Shown here: positions 50,086-61,361 of the stretch, in pieces
Position numbering within the stretch: the first letter of the stretch is position 1
Layout of the letters: each line of letters begins with the position of its first letter
NCBI RefSeq assembly: GCF_006345805.1
Contig: NC_043003.1
Coordinates: 8,246,001-8,310,000, forward strand
Direction: 5' to 3'
Length of the DNA: 64,000 bases
DNA from: Octopus sinensis
Lineage: Eukaryota
The notes under the pieces: model-generated
What the model saw: only the letters and a program-made list of their open reading frames with translations
Databases searched by the model: none
Told to the model about the DNA's origin: nothing
Position numbers and translations under genes: made by a program

Positions 50086-50664
50086 TTAGAGGCTATCGGT
50101 CGATAAAATAAGTTCCAGCTGAGCCGATGTTAATGATTTACATCTTCTCTGAAATTCGTGGCTTTGTGTTAAAATTTGAAATCACTTTTACAAAATAAGA
50201 TAATTATTTCTTCAATGCAGATTGTATAAATGTCGTCATTATTCCTGACGTAAGTAATTAATCAAGTTCTTCAGCAACGTACATTTACGCACCAACAGTC
50301 ACCGCCATCTTGCCAGAACCTAATGGGTAATCAATCATAAACTTTACAAATCGACACGATGAAAGATACTGTCTCAAAGAAATATGACATGTCATCACAA
50401 AGATAAATTTGAATCTGCAACGAATCTTTCAAGTCTATCTAGGTTAACAGAGATAAATATTATGCCTTTCTCGCATCAGCTTCGTTACAGAATGAGCAAT
50501 TATCTTTTAATTTAATCCATTGCTAAAAGCTCTACGTGTGTGCAGTAAAATGTAAATGTCGTAAAAATGATTGAAATTTAATTTTCTTTGCTGCATATAC
50601 AGATTGCGTTGTATGATTTGTACATTCCATAAGCAATTTCTCTTTTGCTGGTTGACCCATTAAC

Positions 50665-51080
50665 ACACTGAACAAAGTGCTTAGCATCATCTCTTTTTGG
50701 TTTTATGTCCTGAGTTCAATGTCAACTTTGCTTTTCTTCCTTTTGAGGTCGATAAAATAAGTACCAATTGAGCACTGGTGTCGATGTTGTCAACTTTCCC
50801 TTCTCGCAAAAATGCCGGACTTTTGCCAAAAATTAGAAAGGAATACATATCTTTCTCGCAAGCATCGGACAGGCAGAATCAGCGTCGTACCGAACAAAAT
50901 GCCGAGTGGCATTTTTCCGGATCTTTATGTTCTAATTCCTAATACTACCATGATCAATTTGTCTATCATCTTTTCGAGGTATGTAAAATGAAATGTCGGT
51001 TAAGTAGTGGGGACGAAGTAATGGACTAACGCCCTCCCTGCTAAAATTGTTGGTTTTATGCCAAAATTAGAAAGATTTAT
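50665..51080 (+). mobile_element. Two highly degenerate SINE family A copies
   Basis: Decayed core CTTTTGAGGTCGATAAAATAAGTACC. Confidence 0.6.
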
Positions 51081-51330
51081 TTCCTTTTCGAGTTATATGT
51101 ACTTAATTGTGCTTATATCTGTGCTAGCTTAATTGAGATTATATCTGACGAGAAACTTCCGTTTCATGAAATGAGAGACAAATAGCAGGATCTGCCAGAT
51201 GTTACTCCAATCAGACAGAATTAAATACTTTGTTAATATCGAGTGCAATAACAATGCTTTAGCGATAAGCGGAGTTCAAGCATGGCGCAGTCAAAAGCCT
51301 GAAACAATTAAAAAAGAAATAAAAGAAAAG

Positions 51331-51360
<30 letters not shown>

Positions 51361-51363
<3 letters not shown>

Positions 51364-51772
51364 AATTAAGGACTGAACACGAAAAGTGGACAGTCAACAT
51401 GCTAGATATAGACGTCAAATCGCCATTCACCACAAAAGATTATGTTCTCAGATCAAACTCAACACAAAACCATAGCAATAAACAAGTGAAAAATATACGA
51501 AATAAAATAAAGTAATTATTTTATAATTATTTTATTTCGTATATTTTTCACTTGTTTATTGCTATGGTTTTGTGTTGAGTTTGATCTGAGAACATAATCT
51601 TTTGTGGTGAATGGCGATTTGACGTCTATATCTAGCATGTTGACTGTCCACTTTTCGTGTTCAGTCCTTAATTGGTATATATAAATATTTTAATCTTCGG
51701 ATTCTTTTTTAATATGCTAGACCACTGGTCTTAATTGATAAATATCAATTTCTACCCTTAATTAATTTTATA
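51361..51772 (+). repeat. 316-bp fold-back (150-bp arms) plus tail, between (TA)n tracts
   Basis: 51361-51510 is the reverse complement of 51527-51676 with no mismatch seen; the tail carries CCACTGGT and CTACCCTTAATT motifs. Confidence 0.92.
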
Positions 51773-51790
51773 TATATATATTTATATATT

Positions 51791-52237
51791 GGCCGTGATC
51801 TAGTAATCTCAAGATTAATCAGCCGAAATTACTACGATGATCCGGTTCTTGACTGAAGACTGAGGGTTTCGAATGTCCTGTCCGTGTTTATTGTATCGTC
51901 TTCTAAGAGTTATACGTTCTTGTCCATGTTGTATTTTTCTACATACCTTAACATATATTCCAGGCGCCACGTACCCTCTTAACATTAATGTGAGCACATA
52001 TTCTTAATAATTGGTACGACACTTTGTTTGTCTCTCTCTCTCTCACTTTTACTTGATCTGTCCCCTTCTCTCTCTACTCATCCTCTTTTTCTCTTCTCTT
52101 TCCTCTGATTCTTTGGTCTAATCTTCCACTACCCTCCTATTTCTTTGTCTCGCTCTGCACTCACAGGTCAATCTTCGACACCCATCCCTTCTCCTCTCTG
52201 ATTCCTTCTTTCTCTCTCTTTGTTGCGTTTGTCCCTC

Positions 52238-52270
<33 letters not shown>

Positions 52271-52803
52271 TCCGTTGCTTCTCTTTCTTTTCTTTTCTCT
52301 CTTCTCTGTCACGTGACTGCTGGCCGAAATCTGCCTTTCAGCTTCTGACCAGCGTCGTGTTAACATCGTTGTTTTTCGTCCGCCGCTATAGGCATCGCCG
52401 ATAAGGCTCCTTTCCTTGCGCCAGAGAAAAAATTTGTTTGCTTGTTATCAGTCGTAAGACACTTGTTGTTGTTTTCACCGTTAATGCTTCTGTATTTCAT
52501 GTTTCTGTATTCCATTATTTTTTGTTTTTTTATATTCGTCCCTTTTGCTGTCCTGGTGTCCGTATGCATTCGATCCTTCTTCCAGGAAATCTACGCTCCC
52601 AGCTTAGTTTTTCTAATGCTCGTTGCTTAGTTTTTCTTGGAGGGCTGGCCGTGATCTAGTAATCTCAAGATTAATCAGCCGAAATTACTACGATGATCCG
52701 GTTCTTGACTGAAGACTGAGGGTTTCGAATGTCCTGTCCGTGTTTATTGTATCGTCTTCTAAGAGTTATACGTTCTTGTCCATGTTGTATTTTTCTACAT
52801 ACC

Positions 52804-52808
<5 letters not shown>
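51791..52808 (-). mobile_element. Direct-repeat-bounded element (~162-bp repeats, 856-bp period), possible Penelope derivative
   Basis: 51791-51952 is identical to 52647-52808; the minus strand reads IYVKVCRK..GQERITLRRRYNKHGQDIRNP, reminiscent of a PLE GIY-YIG segment. Confidence 0.5.
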
Positions 52809-52833
<25 letters not shown>

Positions 52834-52840
<7 letters not shown>

Positions 52841-53102
52841 AATCATAGTTTTGCTCATGTCTCCCTGAGAATTTTCATATGGGTACGCATTTAAAGTAGA
52901 GGATAAAAGGCTATGCGAATTCTGTGCGAAATTAAAAAGACTTAAATTTAATGTTATAGAAATATCTATTCTAACTTTTGAAGGAAATGGTATTGCAATG
53001 TTAAAAGAAAATGAAATTGAGAGCGTGGATTGACACACTTAAATGAAAACCAATTTACGACAAAATCGTATTATGTCTTCGTATTTACTGCCCATTTATG
53101 CA
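52834..53102. repeat. 269-bp block duplicated at 61093-61361
   Basis: About 5 substitutions between copies; a diverged homologue at 57660-57785. Confidence 0.9.
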
Positions 53103-53479
53103 AGAGAATTGTTAGTTTTAATACGTGACATTGAACAGCAATATTCGACAGATCATACCCCATAGAAACATGGTTATTAAAATCTCAGGGAAAAAAAACG
53201 AACCTCAAGTGATGGAGGTAGTTGGCTAAAACTGTGTCATTCACCTCTGCGATTCTTTAAGTGAGTGAGGTAGGCGAGTAGTTGGCAGAATTAGGGAAAC
53301 TGCTTCAATTAATTCCTTTAGGAATAAGGAAAATGACACATGATTCAATTGATTCTGATAGTTCCCAAGAGAGAGAATGTGTGAGGAGGATTTGAATTGT
53401 CTGTGAAAATTACTGTGTAACGTTAGTGGGATGAGACAGGAAATCTTTGAAATATATCATTGTATTGAATATAGATCTC

Positions 53480-53872
53480 TTTTTACTTTACTTTTTTACT
53501 TGTTTCAGTCATTTGACTGCGGCCATGCTGGAGCACCGCCTTTAGTCGAGCAAATCGACCCCGGGACTTATTCTTTGTAAGCCCAGTACTTATTCTATCG
53601 GTCTCTTTTGCCGAACCGCTAAGTGACGGGGACGTAAACACACCAGCATCGGTTGTCAAGCAATGCTAGGGGGACAAACACAGACACACAAACACATATA
53701 TATACATATATACGACGGGCTTCTTTCAGTTTCCGTCTACCAAATCCACTCACAAGGCATTGGTCGGCCCGGGGCTATAGCAGAAGACACTTGCCCAAGA
53801 TGCCACGCAGTGGGACTGAACCCGGAACCATGTGGCTGGTTAGCAAGCTACTTACCACACAGCCACTCCTGC
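53480..53872 (-). mobile_element. SINE family B, full length
   Basis: Complete. Confidence 0.95.
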
Positions 53873-54869
53873 GGTGAAGAGACTAATTTCCACGGACAGT
53901 TCAGAATGATCAACTACTCGGACTTATTAAGCGTGCGACAGTCAAAAGTTGTTATGTGCAGTGGTGTGGGTTTGTTTGTTTGAGTGTGTGTATGTGCATA
54001 CGTATGTCAGGTCACTCTTAGTGTCACTAGTACCATATAACGCAGCATATATCACACGGCCGGGCCGTCTATGATTAAAACGGTAACCCCACAAAACCAG
54101 CTATGTTAAGAGTTTACCACTGTATATCTAGAAAAGCACTTTTTATAAAAAGAGAAAAACTGCTGCAATGGTCACTGTGTGAACATAAGTTATACTGAAC
54201 GTACTGACCGAACCAAACAACATCAAAAACATACAATTTGCAAGTTTAAACATGTTTAATATGTCCGGAGGTAAATTTATTAATCCGATAGATTAAAAGT
54301 GAACGCTGAATTTCTGAGGCCTTCGTTTAGATTTAACGAACAATCTGTTTGAAAATTTGGGCAATGTTCATGTTCGTGTGAGATAATTATTTGTCACGCA
54401 GTCAATGTAATTTGCCTTAAGGTATAAATGCATTAAATTTAATTCTAGCTTTCCCATTCTTATAAGCACTAAATAGCTATTTAATTCGCTGTGTGAGCGT
54501 ATGTGCACCAGATCACGCATGTGCGTATGCCTGTATCATTATTGTGGATGTTTGGCCAAGTGAGTATACGAACGCTATACAACCGAAGCGAGGGCGTTTA
54601 TATATTCATATATTTAATACTTTTTCGCTGTATTGTGTATTTGTCCCTTTTTGCATCTGTTATTTATTATCAATCTTCTATAAAAATGATGTAGTATCCC
54701 TTAATATGCTGCTTCCCTACACACAAACTGAAAAGATATCTTGCGGAACAGTGGTTATTTTAATGAGATACATCCTGTAATCACCTGAAGAGACACATCT
54801 GCACCGTTGGATATTCCTAAACCAGTTGCTAAGTATGCCACCCGTGAGGTATCGATGCTTGATGGGGCG

Positions 54870-54955
54870 AAGGCGGCAAATTGGCAGATCGTTAGCTTGC
54901 TGGACGAAATGCTTAGCGGTATTTCGTCTGCCGCTAGGTTCTGAGTTCAAATTCA
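54870..54955 (+). mobile_element. SINE family A head fragment
   Basis: Homology. Confidence 0.75.
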
Positions 54956-55010
54956 GAGTTCGATTGCAGGCAGAGACATGAATAATAATAATAACAATAA
55001 TAATAATAAT

Positions 55011-55374
55011 AATACAGTACCGGCAGATGACAACGTGTCTCTAAAAGAAATGGAGAAACTCTCAAAATACAAAGACCTGGAAATAGAGGTAACTAGAATG
55101 TGGAATCTGAAAACAGAAACAATTCCTATCATAGTAGGTGCATTAGGCATGATAAAAAAATATTCAGACAAATACATAACAAAAACACCAGGACTTACAA
55201 ACACATATAACATACAGAAAATTGCACTACTAGGCACTGCACACATCCTACGCAGAACACTTTCCATACAATAACCATCAGAGCATCACAACAAATCACA
55301 GCACATACCCAAGGCACACAGAGCTGCGCTCGGTAGTGAAGTGAAAGCACGCTATAAAAATAAAAATAAAACTA

Positions 55375-55418
<44 letters not shown>
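55011..55418 (+). mobile_element. 5'-truncated R4/Dong-clade retrotransposon in (TAA)n
   Basis: VP.D.NVSLKEMEKLSKYKDLEIEV..W....IPIIVGALG..IQKIALLGTAHILRRTL* is the restriction-like endonuclease C-terminus; (AAT)n on both sides, consistent with known Dong TAA targeting. Confidence 0.9.
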
Positions 55419-55419
<1 letters not shown>

Positions 55420-55420
<1 letters not shown>

Positions 55421-55565
55421 TCGAAAAATACCTAGGTTAGAACCTAGGTTAGAAATTTCCCCAAGACACCTGATGAAGGTTGGAGGGTATATCATCAGAA
55501 ATGCTGTGCTAACAACAAACAAGATGAGGACAAATATCCGTCAAATATAAATAATGTAAATAATC
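55420..55565 (+). mobile_element. (TAA)n-associated minimal-HHR repeat, copy 2 (decayed)
   Basis: GACAC-CUGAUGA-A-GGUUG..CAUCA-GAAAUGCU-GUGCU at 55465-55510. Confidence 0.6.
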
Positions 55566-56106
55566 TTTATTCTCCTCTGACGTCTCTCGAATTCAGTATT
55601 TATTTATTTCTCACTGAAAAGTCACCAAAATTCTCTAGATTTTCCGTTACACGGAAACATCACATTACCTTACATTGTAATTGATTACTAGGTAGACTGA
55701 TAGCCGATTCCGAATGACGAGCTTGCTAAAATAGCCACATAATTCTCTAATTCCTTATTTTGTAATACTCTAAATATACGTAGTCGTATTCAGACATATT
55801 CTATCCTTCTTCTTCTGCTACCTTTTCTCTTTTTATTTCCAAATTGTTAAATGGTACGTTATTCATTGCTATTTGAACAGTAGCCAGTGGATTCGCAATA
55901 TATTATACGTGTAATATGTACTTGAAATATATTCTCAATTATTAGGTGTTATATGGTATGTACATTTTATATAGTAATAAACAACAACGTGAATTAACAC
56001 AAGTGTATACACAGACAGAGACATGTACAGATATGTGCACACTCGCACATACATGTACAAACATGTATGCATCATCTATGTACACACACGCACACAAATA
56101 TATATA

Positions 56107-56159
<53 letters not shown>

Positions 56160-56434
56160 TTATTTATTTATGTATTTCCACATAAACATGGACACGCAAA
56201 CACATGGATATGCAGAATACATACATACATATATAATTATGCACGCACACGCATACATGCATACACACACATGCATACATAGATGCATGTGTAGGCACAC
56301 ACACACATACACTAACCCACACACATGTGTACAAACAAACAAGAAGGAACGCAGTGTGAGTAACGGATAGAGTCAAAACTATTGGAATGGTTGCAAGACG
56401 CAGAGAAAATTTTAGAAAGAAATAAAAAAGATAA

Positions 56435-56848
56435 CTCTTTACTTTTTACTCTTTTACTTGTTTTAGTCATTTGTCTGCGGCCATACAGGAGCACCGCCTT
56501 TAATCGAGCAACTCAACCCCTGGACTTATTCTTTTGTAAGCCCAGTACTTATTCTATCGGTCTCTTTTGCCGAACCGTTAATTAACGGGGACATAAACAC
56601 ACCAGCATCGGTTGTCAAGCAATGCTAGGGAGACAAACACAGACACACAAACATATACACACACATACATATATATATACATATATACGACGGGCTTCTT
56701 TCAGTTTCTGTCTACCAAATCCACTCACAAGGCTTTGGTCGGCCCGAGGCTATAGTAGAAAACACCTCCCCAAGGTGCCTCGCAGTGGGACTGAACCCGG
56801 AACCATGTGGTTGGTAAACAAGCTACTTACCACACAACCACTCCTGCA
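56435..56848 (-). mobile_element. SINE family B, full length
   Basis: Complete. Confidence 0.93.
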
Positions 56849-57453
56849 TGGTGAGTGTGTTAAATTATAAGGCACCAGAAGAGAATGACTCTCCCCAGAC
56901 ACAACAGTACATATATATACGCGCATATATAAATTTTGCTTACTTTAATGTGTAATTACCGAGAAACAGATAATATACTTTCCACTAAGTTTTCTTTTAA
57001 TACCGAAGAAATACTTTAAATACCATACATACATATATACAACCACACACACACACCTGATAGATACAAGTTTAAAATTGCCGCTGCACGTCAGAATAAC
57101 CCCATAGAGTATCGTGTATTGAAACTGAGGTACAGCTAAGAAAAGCCTAATTATAAGTTTCATTTGCGATCGCATTAGTAAACTTAACGTAATATCGGAA
57201 TCTTTACGAAATGCCAACACCTCTACAAATACCTGTCAAGGCTTCAGAAATGCAATCAGGAGGGATTGATAGAAATTTACATCTTGTATAACTGAAATTT
57301 ACGGTGCAATTTTGAATCCAGTAATTTAGTCTTCGACGAGTTCCTTAGATTACATTTCCTCAAAATTGTCCCATTTTATTTGATTACATGAGTTCGATAT
57401 ACCTATTAGACCTATATATGTGTGGGTATATGCGTGTAAGAGAAACAGAGAGA

Positions 57454-57488
<35 letters not shown>

Positions 57489-57789
57489 AAAGAGAGAGAG
57501 AGAGAGAGTGAGTGAGAGAGAGAGTTTCGAAGCGAATATTTTTATATAACTTGGAAGATATTGGGTTAAAATAAGCGTGGATACAAAGATAAAGCGTTAC
57601 TATTAGATGTATTCGCTTAGAGATGCACCCTTAAATGGCTTATTTACCAATTTCTTGAAGAGGGTACGCATTTTAAAGAAGATAAAAGGGTATGTGGATT
57701 ATGTGCAAATTAAAAAAACTTGAATTCAATAATATGGAAATATCGATTCTAACTGTTGAAGGAAACGGTTTTGCAATGTTGAATACGCG

Positions 57790-57945
57790 CAGGGGTGGTA
57801 AGAAGCTTGTTTCCCAACCGTATGGTTCCGAGGTTCAGTCCCACTACGTGGCAAAATGGGTAAGTGTCTTCTACTGTAATCTCGGGCCGACCAAAGCCTT
57901 GTAAGTGGATTTGGTAGATGGAAACTGAAAGAAGCCCGTGGCATA
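57790..57945 (+). mobile_element. SINE family B 5' half
   Basis: Homology. Confidence 0.78.
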
Positions 57946-58023
57946 TATGTATATACATACATACATATATATATATATATGTAGAATGTTGAAAAGGAAC
58001 ACACGAGTTGATATATATATATA

Positions 58024-58219
58024 TGTAGGTCCCGGGTTGAGTCGGGGTTAACCACAGTAAATAAGGTACTCAATACATATCAGAGTAAATTAATTTATTT
58101 TATAGAAGGAGCTTCTACAGGACTAGAACTGTTTTATTCAAATGAAATCATCAGGCTTCCTGATGATTTCATTTGAATGAAACAGTTCTAGTCCTGTAGA
58201 AGCTCCTTCTATAAAATAA

Positions 58220-58221
<2 letters not shown>
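58024..58221 (-). repeat. Leader plus 129-bp fold-back (58093-58221) centred on an HHR-like motif
   Basis: Arms ATTTATTTTATAGAAGG..CATCAGG / CCTGATG..CCTTCTATAAAATAAAT; CUGAUGA..GAAAC at 58160-58183. Confidence 0.85.
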
Positions 58222-58279
<58 letters not shown>

Positions 58280-58524
58280 AATATAAGGAAAAAAGTTATG
58301 ATAGAAAATGCTAAAATAATATTATAAAAACATTTCAGTACCGTTTTCAGTCACCGAGACTTCTTCAACTGTAAGCATGGAAAACAATTAAATTTTGGAA
58401 AAATTAAATGAAAAGTTTTTTAAAAGAATATTTGTATAGTATACATATACAAGAGGCATTTCCTTGTTTCTGCCTGTCTCTGCCTCTCTTGTTTACTCTT
58501 GTGAGTTCGATATATATATATGTA

Positions 58525-58575
<51 letters not shown>

Positions 58576-58599
58576 ATATGTGTGTGTGTCTGTGTTCTC

Positions 58600-59259
58600 T
58601 GTGTATGTATTTGTATGTATTTGCGTGTTCGTGTTTTTCCTCCCACCATCGCTTTTCAACCGACGTTGGTGTGTTTGCATCCCCGTCACCTAGAGATTCA
58701 GCAAAAGAAAATGATAAAATAAGTACTAGGATTACAAGGAATAAGTCCTGAGTTCGATTTGTTCGATCAAAGGCGGAGTTCCAGCATGACGCAGTCAAAG
58801 GACTGAAACAATTAAAAAAAAAGAAAAGAAAAAGAATATACAGATGCAGGAGTGGCTGTGTGGTAAGTAGCTTGCTTACCAACCACATGGTTCCGGGTTG
58901 AGTCCCACTGCGTGGCATCTTGGGCATGTGTCTTCTGCCTTAGCCTCAAGCCGACCAAAGCCTTGTGAGTGGATTTGGTAGACGGAAACTGAAAGAAGCC
59001 TGTCGTATATATGTATATATATGTATATTTATGTGTGTGTGTATATGTTTGTGTGTCTGTGTTTGTCCCCCTAGCATTACTTGACAACCGATGCTGGTGT
59101 GTTTACGTCCCCGTTACTTAGCGGTTCGGCAAAAGAGACCGATAGAATAAGTACTGGGCTTACAAAGAATAAGTCCCGGGGTCGATTTGCTCGACTAAAA
59201 GGCGGTGCTCCAGCATGGCCGCAGTCAAATGACTGAAACAAGTAAAAGAGTAAAAGAGT
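58600..59259 (+). mobile_element. SINE family B 3' half followed by a full copy (58843-59259)
   Basis: Homology. Confidence 0.92.
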
Positions 59260-59399
59260 ATATATATATATATATATAATTAACAATTAAGGAACGGCCA
59301 TAATAGGCCATTCACCCACTAGAAATAACAGCCAAAGCTTCTACCGCAATAAAGATCAATTCCGTAAACAGGAGAAAATTAAAAAACATTTACCCTGTA

Positions 59400-59506
59400 A
59401 TTTCTTGTACGGTATACCGTTTCATCCGCTGTTTAATGGTAAACTAACCTGATTAAATTAAATCAAGCCAATCCTCCATAAGCCCTCGGATTCTTCAGCA
59501 AGAAAT
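59400..59506 (-). ncRNA. Type I hammerhead ribozyme (inverted-arm copy)
   Basis: Reverse complement of 59825-59931. Confidence 0.8.
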
Positions 59507-59824
59507 AGCTCAAGTCGGGACAGATGGGTGAATGGCCTATTATGGCCGTTCCTTAATTGTTAATGTTGAACTTAAAAATGGTCTATGACTATTTAATTTT
59601 TTCCCACTGGGCCGTTGGTGGCAATAAAATTCTACAAAATTTTCCTTGCCACCCTATATTGATTAATTATGAATTTTTTGGTTAGTTCCGTAATGGAATC
59701 GACGGCTGATATCTATTTGCTGCCGATAAATTTGGCGCGAGTGCGACGATTTGAAAATTTTAGGTCAGATATTGACTTGGCAAGATTGGTATGCCTCGTG
59801 TATATATCTGTCCCGACTTGAGCT

Positions 59825-59931
59825 ATTTCTTGCTGAAGAATCCGAGGGCTTATGGAGGATTGGCTTGATTTAATTTAATCAGGTTAGTTTACCATTAAAC
59901 AGCGGATGAAACGGTATACCGTACAAGAAAT
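59825..59931 (+). ncRNA. Type I hammerhead ribozyme (canonical core)
   Basis: Stem I AUUUCUUG/CAAGAAAU (8 bp), core CUGAAGA (59833-59839), stem II AUCCG/CGGAU with a long insert, GAA-A, palindromic stem III ACGGUAUACCGU, GUA site with predicted cleavage after 59923. Confidence 0.88.
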
Positions 59932-60304
59932 TACAGGGTAAATGTTTTTTTAATTTTCTCCTGTTTACGGAATTGATCTTTATTTGCGGTAGAAGCTTTG
60001 GCTGTTATTTCTAGTGGGTGAATGGCCTATTATGGCCGTTCCTTAATTGTTAATGTTGAACTTAAAAATGGTCTATGACTATTTAATTTTTTCCCACTGG
60101 GCCGTTGGTGGCAATAAAATTCTACAAAATTTTCCTTGCCACCCTATATTGATTAAATATATATATATATTATATATATATAATTAACAATTAAGGAACG
60201 GCCATAATAGGCCATTCACCCACTAGAAATAACAGCCAAAGCTTCTACCGCAAATAAAGATCAATTCCGTAAACAGGAGAAAATTAAAAAACATTTACCC
60301 TGTA

Positions 60305-60411
60305 ATTTCTTGTACGGTATACCGTTTCATCCGCTGTTTAATGGTAAACTAACCTGATTAAATTAAATCAAGCCAATCCTCCATAAGCCCTCGGATTCTT
60401 CAGCAAGAAAT
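60305..60411 (-). ncRNA. Type I hammerhead ribozyme (inverted-arm copy, unit 2)
   Basis: Same as 59400-59506. Confidence 0.8.
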
Positions 60412-60730
60412 AGCTCAAGTCGGGACAGATGGGTGAATGGCCTATTATGGCCGTTCCTTAATTGTTAATGTTGAACTTAAAAATGGTCTATGACTATTTA
60501 ATTTTTTCCCACTGGGCCGTTGGTGGCAATAAAATTCTACAAAATTTTCCTTGCCACCCTATATTGATTAATTATGAATTTTTTGGTTAGTTCCGTAATG
60601 GAATCGACGGCTGATATCTATTTGCTGCCGATAAATTTGGCGCGAGTGCGACGATTTGAAAATTTTAGGTCAGATATTGACTTGGCAAGATTGGGTATGC
60701 CTCGTGTATATATCTGTCCCGACTTGAGCT

Positions 60731-60837
60731 ATTTCTTGCTGAAGAATCCGAGGGCTTATGGAGGATTGGCTTGATTTAATTTAATCAGGTTAGTTTACCA
60801 TTAAACAGCGGATGAAACGGTATACCGTACAAGAAAT
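60731..60837 (+). ncRNA. Type I hammerhead ribozyme (unit 2)
   Basis: Same as 59825-59931; predicted cleavage after 60829. Confidence 0.85.
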
Positions 60838-61059
60838 TACAGGGTAAATGTTTTTTTAATTTTCTCCTGTTTACGGAATTGATCTTTATTTGCGGTAGAA
60901 GCTTTGGCTGTTATTTCTAGTGGGTGAATGGCCTATTATGGCCGTTCCTTAATTGTTAATGTTGAACTTAAAAATGGTCTATGACTATTTAATTTTTTCC
61001 CACTGGGCCGTTGGTGGCAATAAAATTCTACAAAATTTTCCTTGCCACCCTATATTGAT

Positions 61060-61092
<33 letters not shown>

Positions 61093-61098
<6 letters not shown>

Positions 61099-61361
61099 AA
61101 TCATAGTTTTGCTCATGTCTCCCTGAGAATTTTCATATGGGTACGCATTTAAAGGAGGGGATAAAAGGCTATGCGAATTCTGTGCGAAATTAAAAAGACT
61201 TAAATTTAATGTTATAGAAATATCTATTCTAACTTTTGAAGGAAACGGTATTGCAATGTTAAAAGAAAATGAAATTGAGATCGTGGATTGACACACTTAA
61301 ATGAAAACCAATTTACGACAAAATCGTATTAAGTCTTCGTATTTACTGCCCATTTATGCAT
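61093..61361. repeat. Second copy of the 52834-53102 block
   Basis: Direct comparison. Confidence 0.9.

Larger units (their letters stand above)
59278..61062 (+). mobile_element. Retrozyme-like composite: two ~880-bp units, each an inverted 245-bp arm plus ~1.3 copies of a 490-nt monomer
   Basis: Units 59278-60156 and 60182-61062; internal direct repeat 59526-59666 = 60016-60156 (period 490); inverted arm 59281-59525 versus 59806-60053. Confidence 0.85.

Noticed and set aside
14193-58927. Recurrent ORFs such as MRNWYLIYRPRKDERQSRPRR and MSSNARGTNTDTQ...MWLVSKLLTTQPLL
   Set aside because: They are frames through SINE families A and B, not a gene family
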